Translations under genes and position numbers: made by a program | Part shown: piece by piece, positions 26,950-38,971 of the stretch | Numbering within the stretch: position 1 is the stretch's first letter | Layout of the letters: every line of letters begins with the position of its first letter | From: an uncultured Planctomycetia bacterium | GTDB taxonomy: Bacteria > Omnitrophota > Gorgyraeia > 1-14-0-20-64-10 | NCBI GenBank assembly: GCA_964597545.1 | Contig: CAZQXN010000003.1 | Span: forward strand, 691-64,690 | Direction: 5' to 3' | DNA length: 64,000 nucleotides | The notes under the pieces: model-generated | Seen by the model: the letters and a program-made list of their open reading frames with translations, nothing else | Database searches by the model: none | What the model was told of the DNA's origin: nothing

Positions 26950-27717
26950 TCACCGTTTCTTTTTCTTGTCCTTGGTCCGGAAGAATAGCTTCCAGGGATG
27001 GGCCTTCACATCGGCAACAGTCTCTTTGACATCCTTGTAAATCTCCTCTTCCATGAGGAGCTTGCCGATCGTCCCTTCCCCTTTTCGAACCCGCTCCATG
27101 ATTTCGTTGGACTGCGCCAGCAGGCGCTTCAACTCATCCATGGCATCACTGGAGCTTGCAAATGTGCTTTTAAGAGACTCCTGTGTGGCTTCGTCGCCGA
27201 TCACCTCGTGGACGGCCGCGACGGTCTTTTCCATCTGCTTGACCGCGTCGTAGCCGGCCTCCACCAGCTTCTCAGCCGGAACAGAATCTTTGCCGATCAA
27301 GATGTCGTTGGCCCCCAGGGTTTCGGCGCCGGGGGTCCCAGGGATGATCTCCAAGTACTTTTCCCCGATGAAACCGAGCGTGTTGATGTAGGCGACGGAG
27401 TCGGTCTCGAGGATCGCGTCCTTAGAAACCCTTACCTTCACCTCTGCCAAAGTGCGCTGGTTTGCTTCGTCGCGATAGGTGCGCACCACGCGCACCTCTC
27501 CCACCTTCACACCGGCCAGGCGCACCGGGGCCCCCACCTCGATGCCGCTGACATAGCTGAAGCGGATCCGCAGGGGATAGGTATACTGCGCCTGAGTCGT
27601 GTAGAAGTCAGAGATCGAAAAAACCATCACGGCGAGCAGGATGAAGGCGATAAAAACGAAGAGCCCTATTTTGACTTCTCGGGTTCCTTGAGCCATGCCT
27701 CTTTTTTCACCTCCCAT
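26950..27717 (-). CDS. mlaD: MlaD (MCE-domain) phospholipid transport substrate-binding protein
   Basis: N-terminal TM plus MCE domain, in an operon with mlaF and mlaE. Confidence 0.75.
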   Translation of the reverse strand: MGGEKRGMAQGTREVKIGLFVFIAFILLAVMVFSISDFYTTQAQYTYPLRIRFSYVSGIEVGAPVRLAGVKVGEVRVVRTYRDEANQRTLAEVKVRVSKDAILETDSVAYINTLGFIGEKYLEIIPGTPGAETLGANDILIGKDSVPAEKLVEAGYDAVKQMEKTVAAVHEVIGDEATQESLKSTFASSSDAMDELKRLLAQSNEIMERVRKGEGTIGKLLMEEEIYKDVKETVADVKAHPWKLFFRTKDKKKKR

Positions 27718-28445
27718 TCATTCGATTGACCCAGAATAAATTGTTTCACAACGGGGTTGGGGGTCTGGCGAATCTCATCGGGAGACCCCACCTGGATGAT
27801 CTTGCCCTCGTGCAGCATTGCAATGCGGTCGGCCACCTTGTAGGCGCTGACCATGTCATGGGTGACGACGATCCCCGTCACCTTAAAGCGGTCATGAAGC
27901 GACTTGATGAGATTATTGATGACATCTGCCATGATGGGATCGACGCCGGTTGTCGGTTCGTCGTACAGCAAAAACCGGGGCCGCAACGCCAGCGCCCGGG
28001 CCAACCCCACGCGCTTGCGCATTCCGCCGGAGAGCTCAGCGGGCTTTAAGTTCTGGATGCCGCTTAGGCCCACCACCCCTAAACATTCCTGTACCCGATC
28101 CGCGATCTCCTTTTCGGTCATGGGGGTATGCTCCCGAAGGGTAAAGGAAACATTCTCGCTGACCGTCAGGGAATCAAAGAGGGCCGCCCCCTGGAAGAGC
28201 ATCGCAAACTGCAGCCGCAGCTGAATCAGCTTCTGCCCTTTAAGCCGATTCATCTCTTGGCCGTCGATGACCACCTGGCCCTCATCCGGCTCCATCAAAC
28301 CAATAATGTGCTTGAGGAGTACCGACTTGCCGCAGCCGGAGCGGCCGATGATGACCATGGTCTCCCCTTCGCGGATCGTCAGGTTCGCCCCCCGGAGAAC
28401 CGGCTGTTTGTTAAAACTCTTATAGAGATTGATGATCTCAATCAT
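27666..28445 (-). CDS. mlaF: phospholipid ABC transporter ATP-binding protein MlaF
   Basis: Walker A GRSGCGKS, ABC signature LSGGMRKRVGLARAL. Confidence 0.8.
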   Translation of the reverse strand: MIEIINLYKSFNKQPVLRGANLTIREGETMVIIGRSGCGKSVLLKHIIGLMEPDEGQVVIDGQEMNRLKGQKLIQLRLQFAMLFQGAALFDSLTVSENVSFTLREHTPMTEKEIADRVQECLGVVGLSGIQNLKPAELSGGMRKRVGLARALALRPRFLLYDEPTTGVDPIMADVINNLIKSLHDRFKVTGIVVTHDMVSAYKVADRIAMLHEGKIIQVGSPDEIRQTPNPVVKQFILGQSNEWEVKKEAWLKEPEKSK

Positions 28446-29308
28446 GGAAACATAAAGTAAAACAGGGCTGTGATAAAGCAGTTGGCTGCGATGATCAGGA
28501 TAAAGGAGATGACCACCGACAGGGTGGTTGCCCGTCCCACCCCTTCAGCCCCTCCGCCGGTCACAAAGCCCTCATGGCAAGCGATGGTGGCGATGATGGC
28601 CGCAAAGGTTCCAGCCTTAAAGAGACCGGTAAAGATGTCCTTCATCTGCATCGGATCCCATGTCATCTGCATGTAAAGGGCCGAACCGATCCCCAGCTTG
28701 TACACCCCGACCAGGTACCCCCCCAAGATGCCGATCATGTCGGCATAGAGAGTTAAGACCGGCAGCATGACAAGCAGCGCAATCAATCGTGGAACCGAGA
28801 GGTATTTAATCGGATCGGCGGCGGCGGTCTGCATGGCATCGATCTGCTCGGTCACGCGCATCGTCCCCATCTCCGCGGTGATGGCAGCCCCGACCCGGCC
28901 TGCTATGACCAGAGAGGTGAGCACCGGTCCGAGCTCCCGGGTCATCGAGAGGGCCACGAGAGAACCGATGAACTGTTCTCCTTCAATCTTCTGCAGCTGG
29001 TAGGCGCTCTGCAGGGCCAGTACCATTCCGGTAAAGAGGGCCGTTAGAAAGACCAGGGGGAAGCTGGCAACACCGACCTTCTGCATTTGGTCTAAGAGAT
29101 TGGTCCACCGACGATCATGCGCCAGGCGCTTCCAGCGCCAGGGGAGCGCCGCCGAGAGGGCCCAACCGCCCCAAGGCAGCGTCAAAGCTCCCACCAGAGA
29201 GCGCCAAAAGAGGACGGCCGCCCCGCCGATGTAGTTAAAGAAAGAGAGGGACCCCTCCCCCAGCTGCTCCAGCATGTTTTGAGGAACCGGCCCCAGAGAG
29301 AGTCTCAT
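28442..29308 (-). CDS. mlaE: phospholipid ABC transporter permease MlaE
   Basis: Polytopic permease with MlaE/YrbE-like length and position. Confidence 0.75.
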   Translation of the reverse strand: MRLSLGPVPQNMLEQLGEGSLSFFNYIGGAAVLFWRSLVGALTLPWGGWALSAALPWRWKRLAHDRRWTNLLDQMQKVGVASFPLVFLTALFTGMVLALQSAYQLQKIEGEQFIGSLVALSMTRELGPVLTSLVIAGRVGAAITAEMGTMRVTEQIDAMQTAAADPIKYLSVPRLIALLVMLPVLTLYADMIGILGGYLVGVYKLGIGSALYMQMTWDPMQMKDIFTGLFKAGTFAAIIATIACHEGFVTGGGAEGVGRATTLSVVISFILIIAANCFITALFYFMFP

Positions 29309-30792
29309 TAAAACCGCTCCCGATGTTCGATCCCCAGGAAAGTGCCCTCGCTGTCCATCTCAAGCTCCAGATGCTCCTCGGGTGAGAGGGCATACTCCAC
29401 CGCAACTTTTTCCCGGGTCACCGCCTCCGGCCCGGTCTCTGCATCCACGCCGTAGGAGAAGCCAACGGTGATGGGATCATCGGGATTGGCCTGGCGCACC
29501 TGTACCCCGCCAGCTGCTTTCCCAGTCGCACTTCCATTTAAGGCGCCCATGGAATAAAAGGTCTGCTTTGCCGGACTCATCTCCCAGCCGGCCATCTCCA
29601 GTGTCTTCTCCATGGAGGTCAACTTCACCCCCCGAAAGAAATCGTTCCGGCCCACCCGGCGCAAATCCACTGTCCCCTCTGCCAGCAAAATACCGTTTGG
29701 CCGGGTCAACTGCGAGTTGGCGATCTTGAGCAAAGGTCCAGCTCCCTCGAAGCGGAGTGCCATCCGGGGATAGGAAACAATCCCAAAGAGAACGTTCTGG
29801 GCAATCAACTCACCCTTGCTGTCAAGTTGAGGAGGAGTGCCCGAAAGCTGAACCGCACCGGAGAGTCGGCCCGAGAGCGTTCCGAAGTCCGCGCCTGAAA
29901 AGATCCAATCGGCCAGATCCATCACACTGGCTCCCCGGAACATCAAATTCAGATCGACGGGATAGGGATGCCGAAGATCCATCTGGCCGGAAAGCCGAAT
30001 CCTCTCGCTTAAGAAACTGATCTCAAGCTCCAGGGCTGAACGCTCCACCTGCCACTGTATGACAAGTTCCTGTGGAATCAAGTCTTCCTGATACAGCCAG
30101 AGGAGTGCCTTGCCGCCAACGGGTGCGACCCCTTCGACTTGAAGGGCGTATCGGCTGTTGAGACCTACCACCTCCAGGGACCCCCTGCGCTGAGCAGGAT
30201 CCATCTGTCCGGTTGCCCTCCATCCGCCGGTCACCTCCAGGCGTGAGAGCTGGAGCTTGCCGTCCGAAAAACCCAACTGACCTACAAAATGTCGGCGGCT
30301 CTGCCCCAATCCCTCGAGCCACCCCAAGAAGACCGGTGTTTCAATGGCGCCCGACACCTCTACCTCTCCACTCAAGAAGGCATGCTCAATGGCAAGCCGG
30401 CCATCACACTTCGCAGTACCGTCAGGCTGAGTGGTCACGAAAAGCCGCCCATCGGCCTCAAGGGGAACCCCCGCGATATTCAAACGAATACCGGTGACGG
30501 TAGCGGCCTGCATCGTGGGTTTTAGGAATCCGAGTGAGCCTTTTAACTTCAAGCGCTCAATGGCAAAAGCAGAAGGTGTCTTCAGGCGCGCTGAGGCAGG
30601 GTCAGGATGAAAGGTAACACCGTAGAGGGTCAGGTGGGTGGGCGAAAAGGTGAGCTTTCGAATCTGAACGTCCACGCCCAGCATGCGGGTCAGGCGGCCC
30701 TGCGCGATCAACCGCCCCGCCTCCATGGCGAAGAGGGTCCCCCCTCCCAACAAGAGGAGCAATCCCAACACCCAGAGCCCGGGTCGCTTCAT
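29308..30792 (-). CDS. exported hypothetical protein (494 aa), possibly AsmA/TamB-like, co-located with the Mla operon
   Basis: N-terminal signal/TM MKRPGLWVLGLLLLLGGG. Beta-rich repetitive composition. No catalytic motif. Confidence 0.5.
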   Translation of the reverse strand: MKRPGLWVLGLLLLLGGGTLFAMEAGRLIAQGRLTRMLGVDVQIRKLTFSPTHLTLYGVTFHPDPASARLKTPSAFAIERLKLKGSLGFLKPTMQAATVTGIRLNIAGVPLEADGRLFVTTQPDGTAKCDGRLAIEHAFLSGEVEVSGAIETPVFLGWLEGLGQSRRHFVGQLGFSDGKLQLSRLEVTGGWRATGQMDPAQRRGSLEVVGLNSRYALQVEGVAPVGGKALLWLYQEDLIPQELVIQWQVERSALELEISFLSERIRLSGQMDLRHPYPVDLNLMFRGASVMDLADWIFSGADFGTLSGRLSGAVQLSGTPPQLDSKGELIAQNVLFGIVSYPRMALRFEGAGPLLKIANSQLTRPNGILLAEGTVDLRRVGRNDFFRGVKLTSMEKTLEMAGWEMSPAKQTFYSMGALNGSATGKAAGGVQVRQANPDDPITVGFSYGVDAETGPEAVTREKVAVEYALSPEEHLELEMDSEGTFLGIEHRERF

Positions 30793-30805
30793 TCCGCTTT
30801 CCGTC

Positions 30806-33277
<2,472 letters not shown>

Positions 33278-33443
33278 TCCCCCTAATGATAAATTCCAAT
33301 AAATAGGATGCTCACAGCTGCTTACCGGATTCGGATAGAGAAACTCAGCGTCTATTATCCCATAAACCCCTGATGCGCCAAGGGGATTTTGAAGAGAGAG
33401 AGGCTTTGTAACCCGTTATGGAATGGTCTGTTAGGAAATTCTA

Positions 33444-34493
33444 CTACAAAGATTCCCGCAGGAGCTGTGCCCGCCGGGAATCTCGCTCAGCCGGGCTTAG
33501 GGGGCGACCTTCCAGCTTCTGAAGGTGTGCCGGCTGTGTTTGGATGAAGAGTTGGTTGACCAAACCGCGCTTGAGGTTGGGGATGATGGCCAAATCCACC
33601 CCAAGCCGAACCAGGGAGAGCATCCCCACGGTCTCATTGGAGGTGATCAGGTGTGCTGACTTCAAGGTACCGTAGGCGCGCCAGATCCGATCCTCCAGGG
33701 CTTCCCGACTCTTCTGGAGGAGGGCGCGGCGCGCAGCCTCCTCCTGCTCAATAACCTGCTGGATGAGCCGCTCCAGATTATCTAAGATCTCTTCTTCGGA
33801 GAGGCCCAAACTCACCTGGTTGGACAGCTGAAAGAAGTTGCCGGTTGCCTCGGTCCCCTCCCCGTAGAGACCGCGTGCAGTCAAGCCCAGCTTGGAGATG
33901 GCATGCAGGACCCTATTGATCTGCTTGGTCATGACCAAGCACGGCAGGTGCAGCATACAGGAAGCTCGCATGCCGGTTCCGATATTCGTCGGGCAGGCAG
34001 TCAGATACCCCCAGTCAGACTCAAAGGCATAGGAGAGCTTGCTCTCGAGCTCGGTATTGACCTGCGAAAGCATTGCCCAAGCCTCTTGAAGATTGAAACC
34101 AGACTGGAGCACCTGCAGGCGCAGGTGGTCCTCCTCGTTGATCATCAGTGCCATGATCTCTCGATCGCTGATCACCGTCCCCTTGGAGGCAGCTGCGTTC
34201 CCTAAGGCATGCTCCCGGCTGATCAAGTGGCGCTCCACGAGAAAGAGCCGATCCAGCTCTGAAAGGACCTCCATCTTGAGAATCAAAGAGCCTTTCAGAA
34301 ATTTGCTGGCTTTGACCGCGGCAATGACCCCTTCAAGGGTCTGGCGGCGCTCGCTGGGGTTGCTGCGTTGGTAAAATCGGCAGCGGGCGAGATTCCGGGC
34401 CAAGCGAATCCGGGAAGACATGACGATCTCCCCGTGCGGTCCACCCCCGCGCAGCCATTCGCCGGTCTGTGTTACGAGATCGTTAAGCGTCAT
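33444..34493 (-). CDS. mcsB: protein arginine kinase McsB (ATP:guanido phosphotransferase)
   Basis: Phosphagen-kinase C-terminal domain motifs (EEDHLRLQVL, CPTNIGTGMRAS). Confidence 0.8.
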   Translation of the reverse strand: MTLNDLVTQTGEWLRGGGPHGEIVMSSRIRLARNLARCRFYQRSNPSERRQTLEGVIAAVKASKFLKGSLILKMEVLSELDRLFLVERHLISREHALGNAAASKGTVISDREIMALMINEEDHLRLQVLQSGFNLQEAWAMLSQVNTELESKLSYAFESDWGYLTACPTNIGTGMRASCMLHLPCLVMTKQINRVLHAISKLGLTARGLYGEGTEATGNFFQLSNQVSLGLSEEEILDNLERLIQQVIEQEEAARRALLQKSREALEDRIWRAYGTLKSAHLITSNETVGMLSLVRLGVDLAIIPNLKRGLVNQLFIQTQPAHLQKLEGRPLSPAERDSRRAQLLRESL

Positions 34494-34503
34494 GGGAACA
34501 ACA

Positions 34504-34563
34504 GGGGTCAGACCCCTTTAGGTTTCTTGGGGATCGGCTTCTTAGGGGTCAGACCCCCTTTGG
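34504..34563. repeat. palindromic repeat family B copy (two GGGGTCAGACCCC units)
   Basis: GGGGTCAGACCCCTTTAGG...TTAGGGGTCAGACCCCCTTTGG. It overlaps the mcsA 3' coding end (KGGLTPKKPIPKKPKGV-stop) and the mcsB start region. Confidence 0.65.
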
Positions 34564-35065
34564 CTTCCAGCGCTCGAATTTGGTCTCTCAGCCGAGCCGC
34601 CTCTTCAAAGGCTTCGGCAGCCACTGCTGTTTTGAGCTGCTCCTTAAGTTGGTTCAATTCATCAGGTGTCTGCACGGGCTTTCTTCCCTTTCTTCTCTGT
34701 GACAGGGTTGTTGGAATTCGACCCACATGCTGAGTAGAACCATGGATGTGCTTCAGCAGGGGTACCAGGAAGGGGCGAAAAGCGGTGTAGCAGCCCCCGC
34801 AGCCCAATCGGCCGGACTTACGAAAATCTTCGTAAGTGAGCCCGCACTCGGGACAGGTGGGTTTTGGGGTGCGCTTACCGGAGGGCTTGATCCCGAAGTC
34901 GGTGAGTCCCGCCAAAAGACCCGCCAACCCAAACTCCTGAGCTGCTCCGGCCCCCTTCTCTCGGGCGCACGCTTCGCACAGGTGCAGCTCGCGGGATTCA
35001 TCGTCAATGATCTCGGTCAGATGGACCGTCGCCGCACTCTGACCGCACAGATCACATTTCATCAA
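34508..35065 (-). CDS. mcsA: McsA-like activator of protein arginine kinase (zinc finger + UVR domain)
   Basis: CDLCGQ...CEAC zinc fingers; UVR motif AAEAFEEAARLRDQIRALE. The stop codon is provided by palindromic repeat B2. Confidence 0.7.
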   Translation of the reverse strand: MMKCDLCGQSAATVHLTEIIDDESRELHLCEACAREKGAGAAQEFGLAGLLAGLTDFGIKPSGKRTPKPTCPECGLTYEDFRKSGRLGCGGCYTAFRPFLVPLLKHIHGSTQHVGRIPTTLSQRRKGRKPVQTPDELNQLKEQLKTAVAAEAFEEAARLRDQIRALEAKGGLTPKKPIPKKPKGV

Positions 35066-36054
35066 TACTTCACGCCCTCACTTCGGGTGAGGGATCGAAA
35101 CGCTTTCATGAGCTTCAAGGTCACCTTGCCGGGACGGCCCTCGCCGATTCGGCGGCCGTCAATCTTGACCACCGGTGCAATCTCGGCAGCCGTTCCGGTC
35201 AGGAAACACTCCTCAGCATTGAACAGATCGTGCCGGGTCAGCATCTCCTCGCGGGGGCGCACCTTGGCCTTGGAGGTCAGCTGCATGACGCAGTCTCGCG
35301 TGATCCCCTTTAAGATCCCAGCATGGGCAGGGGGGGTAATCAATTCTCCCCGGCGCACGATAAAGAGATTCTCCCCGGTGCACTCCGCCACATACCCGTG
35401 CGCACTCAACATCAGCGCCTCTTCCACCCCGGCGTTGATCGCCTCGATCTTGGCGAGGATGTTGTTGAGGTAGTTGAGGGATTTGATCTGAGGGTTTAAG
35501 GCCTCAGGCAGATTGCGCGGTGTGGGAACGGTCACAATCTCCATCCCCTCCCGGTAGAGCTTCGCTGGATACAGGACGATCTTGTCGGCGATGATGAAGA
35601 CGCTGGGTTTGTCGCATTTTCTGGGATCTAACCCTAAGTCCCCTACGCCGCGGGTCACCACCACCCGGATGTAGGCATCCTTCAAGTGATTGGCCTTGAG
35701 GGTGCTGATAACAGCCGCAATCATCTCCTTCTTGCTCATCGGGATCTTAAGCATCAAGGTGTGGGCGGATTCATACAGCCGGTCCACGTGCTCAGCGAGC
35801 TTAAAGACCAACCCCCTGTAGGAGCGGATCCCCTCAAAGACACCGTCGCCGTAGAGCAATCCGTGATCGAAAATCGAAACCTTCGCCTCGGTGCTGTCCA
35901 CCAACTTGCCGTTTAAGAAAATTTTCACCCCACCACCTGCCTTTCTGCCTTTGGCAGACGAACCCTCACCAACTCCCCGCTCTGCCAAAGGCAGATCCAA
36001 TCTCCGATTGGATGGGCCTAAGGGGCCCAAGTCAGGTGGTGGGGTCATGCCCAT
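35062..36054 (-). CDS. ilvE: branched-chain amino acid aminotransferase (class IV); start uncertain, probably near 35920
   Basis: KIFLNGKLVDSTEAKVSIFDHGLLYGDGVFEGIRSY, class IV aminotransferase fold motifs. Confidence 0.75.
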   Translation of the reverse strand: MGMTPPPDLGPLGPSNRRLDLPLAERGVGEGSSAKGRKAGGGVKIFLNGKLVDSTEAKVSIFDHGLLYGDGVFEGIRSYRGLVFKLAEHVDRLYESAHTLMLKIPMSKKEMIAAVISTLKANHLKDAYIRVVVTRGVGDLGLDPRKCDKPSVFIIADKIVLYPAKLYREGMEIVTVPTPRNLPEALNPQIKSLNYLNNILAKIEAINAGVEEALMLSAHGYVAECTGENLFIVRRGELITPPAHAGILKGITRDCVMQLTSKAKVRPREEMLTRHDLFNAEECFLTGTAAEIAPVVKIDGRRIGEGRPGKVTLKLMKAFRSLTRSEGVKY

Positions 36055-36770
36055 AGTTGACCATCCTTTAAAGAGAGTACGCGCCCGGCCATCTTAAGCA
36101 TTGAGGGCTCGTGCGTCACCATCACAAACGACATCTGCTCTTGCCGACTAAACTTCATGAGTAACCGAAGAATTTCGTCTCCGCTCTTTGCATCCAGGTT
36201 GCCGGTCGGCTCATCGCAGAAGACAAGCTTCGGCCGGTTGATCAGTGCCCGGGCGATGGCGCAGCGCTGCTGCTCACCCCCTGAGAGTTCGCTCGGGCGG
36301 TGGCCCACACGACCTTCCAACCCCACCGCCTTTAAGAGATCGCGCGCTTCAGCCTTGAGCTCCTTGAGGCTTCGGCTCTTCTCGCCCTTTCCTGAATCAG
36401 AAAAACCGGGCATCCAGCCGGGAATCATGACGTTCTCAAGGGCGGTCAGCTCCGGCACCAAATGATAGAACTGAAAGACAAAACCAAAAGCCGCATTGCG
36501 AATCCGGGAGACCTCTGCATCCTGCAATCGATAGAGGGACTTCCCCTGGAACTTTACCTCACCTGAGGTGGGGCGATCAAGTCCCGCCAGCAGGTACAGG
36601 AGGGTGGACTTCCCTGACCCCGAGGGGCCAATGATCCCCACCCATTCACCCGCCCCAACCTCAAGGTCAACGCCCCGGAGCACCTCGAGCGGTTTGGGCC
36701 CCGCGTAGCGCTTCTTTAAACCAGTGCCTTTAAGCAACGGTATCGTCATTTCGATCCCGCCAGCATCCAA
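36045..36770 (-). CDS. lolD: lipoprotein-releasing ABC transporter ATP-binding protein LolD
   Basis: Walker A GPSGSGKST, signature LSGGEQQRCAIARAL; paired with an FtsX-type permease. Confidence 0.8.
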   Translation of the reverse strand: MDAGGIEMTIPLLKGTGLKKRYAGPKPLEVLRGVDLEVGAGEWVGIIGPSGSGKSTLLYLLAGLDRPTSGEVKFQGKSLYRLQDAEVSRIRNAAFGFVFQFYHLVPELTALENVMIPGWMPGFSDSGKGEKSRSLKELKAEARDLLKAVGLEGRVGHRPSELSGGEQQRCAIARALINRPKLVFCDEPTGNLDAKSGDEILRLLMKFSRQEQMSFVMVTHEPSMLKMAGRVLSLKDGQLWA

Positions 36771-36836
36771 GGGTCAGGCACTTTTGTACCGGTTTGTACC
36801 AAAGGGTCTGACCCCTTGGTACAAAAGTGCCAGACC
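36771..36836. repeat. palindromic repeat family B copy (66-bp near-perfect palindrome)
   Basis: GGGTCAGGCACTTTTGTACCGGTTTGTACCAAAGGGTCTGACCCCTTGGTACAAAAGTGCCAGACCC; abuts the lolE stop codon. Confidence 0.75.
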
Positions 36837-38021
36837 CTATTCATAGCGCAGCGCCTGAGCCGGATTTAAGCGTGAAGCAAGCCACGCCGGATACAGGCAG
36901 GCCCCCAGGCTGATGCCGAGTGCCGCCGCCATTACCGTAAGGGCATCGACCCACTCGAGCTTCACCGGCAGATGATCAATATAATAGATCTCCGGCGGCA
37001 GCTGAACAAATTGGTATTGGGAGAGGGCCCAGCACAGCCCCAAACCCACCAACAGGCCGAGGGTCGTTCCCAAAGCGCCCAAGGTCAGCCCCGCCCAGAT
37101 AAAGATCCGCCGGATGCTTCGACCGGTCGCCCCCACTGAGCGCAGGATACCAATCTCCTTGGTCTTCTGCACCACCAAAGTCAACAAGGTCGCCACGATG
37201 TTAAAGCAGGCCACCAGAACAATGAGGGTCAAGATCACAAACATCGTGGTTTTCTCAAGCTTGAGCGCGGCAAAGAGATTTTTATTGCGATCCATCCAGC
37301 TGGTCACCCAATGGGGGTAGCCGAGCTCGCGTTGAATCGAACGCTTCATGGTGCGGGCCTGGATGGCGTGCTGAAGCCTTACCCCGATCCCGGAGACGGT
37401 GCCCTCGATGCCTAAGATCTGCTGCGCCGTTGCCAGTGTGCAGAGGGTCAGGTGGAGATCGTACTCGTACATGCCGGTCGTGAATATCGCCCCCACCTTG
37501 AGCGCGTGCGGCTTTCCTTTTTTTCCGGCAACCACATCAACGGAGTCCCCCAGGCGAAGCCCCCAGCGGCGGGCAAGCTCTGATCCGACCACCAGGCTCC
37601 CTTCCTCGGGCGGCCAAGCACCCCGCTGGATCGCCTGCTCGAGGCCCGTAACCTCAGACTCCCGAACCGGATCGATGCCGCGCAGCAGCACGCCGAACCC
37701 TTCTTCCCTGCGACGCACCAGGATCTGCGTCTGGATGAAGGGTGCGGCTGCGGTTACTCCGGAGACCGCCTTGATCTTTTGGATGAGCAGTTCAGCCTGA
37801 TCAATGCCCCCATCGGCCTCTACCGTCAGATGCGGATTGGAACCGATGATCTTGGCCTCCAGCTCCGCATCAAAACCGCTCATCACCCCCAGCACCACCA
37901 ACAGGGCGGCCACCCCGAGGGCGATCCCCAGGATGGAGATCGCGGCAATGACCGAGACAAAGGGTTGGGAGCGTCGCAATCCCCCCAAATATCGAAAGGC
38001 CAAAAAGAGCTCGTATCTCAC
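36837..38021 (-). CDS. lolE: lipoprotein-releasing system permease LolC/LolE (FtsX family)
   Basis: Four-TM FtsX-like permease with a large periplasmic loop, directly upstream of lolD. Confidence 0.75.
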   Translation of the reverse strand: MRYELFLAFRYLGGLRRSQPFVSVIAAISILGIALGVAALLVVLGVMSGFDAELEAKIIGSNPHLTVEADGGIDQAELLIQKIKAVSGVTAAAPFIQTQILVRRREEGFGVLLRGIDPVRESEVTGLEQAIQRGAWPPEEGSLVVGSELARRWGLRLGDSVDVVAGKKGKPHALKVGAIFTTGMYEYDLHLTLCTLATAQQILGIEGTVSGIGVRLQHAIQARTMKRSIQRELGYPHWVTSWMDRNKNLFAALKLEKTTMFVILTLIVLVACFNIVATLLTLVVQKTKEIGILRSVGATGRSIRRIFIWAGLTLGALGTTLGLLVGLGLCWALSQYQFVQLPPEIYYIDHLPVKLEWVDALTVMAAALGISLGACLYPAWLASRLNPAQALRYE

Positions 38022-38054
38022 TTCACATCATCCCCAACAGTCGGCAGCGATCCA

Positions 38055-38483
38055 TTACGGTGCCACGGGGAGTCCCCGGTTGGACTCAAAATCTTCGCTG
38101 CCTATCAAGGATTGCGCGCGCTGGATCTTGTTGTTCACATCCAATGCTTCAATGTTCTCAAGCTTTTTCCGCATCTGAGCTTTGTGGTCATCCGAGGTGT
38201 TTGGATTCTTCAGGCACGCCCCAACCGCCCGCCTGGCCTGCTGCAGCGCCCCTTGAATCGTCCACTGCATGAGGGAAGTTCTGCACTGATACACCAACAC
38301 GGCCAACAGAGCGCCTGAGAGCGCAGTCAGGGCCGGAGCGGCATACAGAAGCCACGGCTTCCACCATAAACCGTCGGGCAACCCCAAGGCATAATTCACC
38401 AGAAAGGTCCCGCCGCCGACACCCACAACCCCTGCGCCAATCTTTGTCTTGGTGGGCTTGTGCGCCCCTTCGACATCGGACAT
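38055..38483 (-). CDS. hypothetical membrane protein (142 aa)
   Basis: Two predicted TM helices; no known motif. Confidence 0.4.
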   Translation of the reverse strand: MSDVEGAHKPTKTKIGAGVVGVGGGTFLVNYALGLPDGLWWKPWLLYAAPALTALSGALLAVLVYQCRTSLMQWTIQGALQQARRAVGACLKNPNTSDDHKAQMRKKLENIEALDVNNKIQRAQSLIGSEDFESNRGLPVAP

Positions 38484-38484
38484 C

Positions 38485-38943
38485 TTATGCCTCGCCGGCT
38501 GCTCCGTTGTCCTTTTTCATCTTTTCGTTGTCCTTTTTCATCTTTTCAACGAAGTTGCGTACGGCATTCTGGAGGGCAGACATGCATCTTGAAAAGATCG
38601 GTTTAAATCCTTCCGGATCATCCACGAAAATCTCAACACTGCCCCAGACGTCGTCGTGGACGGTGAAGATCTTCGCAACCTTGGAGAGGGCGTTGGCATA
38701 ATCGCACGCGGCGAGAACGTTTCGGCGCTCTTCGTCATTCTCGATCTCCCAGAAATTCGGGAAGCAGATGCGAAAGAATGCCTCGTCCTTCTCATCCACC
38801 TGGATGAAGTACGTCTTGCCCTCTTTTTTAAACCGCACATCACCATCCTCATCAATGGCAGGCTGGTAGCCCTCTTCTTTCAGGTAGCAGTGGTAGAGCT
38901 GTGCCTTCAGGTCCTTGGTCTTCTCATGCGATTTGGTCTTCAA
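38485..38943 (-). CDS. YbjN-like (T3SS-chaperone-like fold) hypothetical protein
   Basis: Composition and motifs (DEDGDVRFKKEGKTYFIQVDEKDEAFFRI) resemble the YbjN family. Confidence 0.4.
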   Translation of the reverse strand: MKTKSHEKTKDLKAQLYHCYLKEEGYQPAIDEDGDVRFKKEGKTYFIQVDEKDEAFFRICFPNFWEIENDEERRNVLAACDYANALSKVAKIFTVHDDVWGSVEIFVDDPEGFKPIFSRCMSALQNAVRNFVEKMKKDNEKMKKDNGAAGEA

Positions 38944-38971
38944 TGGAATCTCCCTTTTTGGTGGTAATGCT

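Noticed and set aside
33452-33490. hairpin GATTCCCGC-N14-GCCGGGAATC
   Set aside because: Lies inside the 3' coding end of mcsB rather than after its stop codon, so it is not a terminator. No U-tract.
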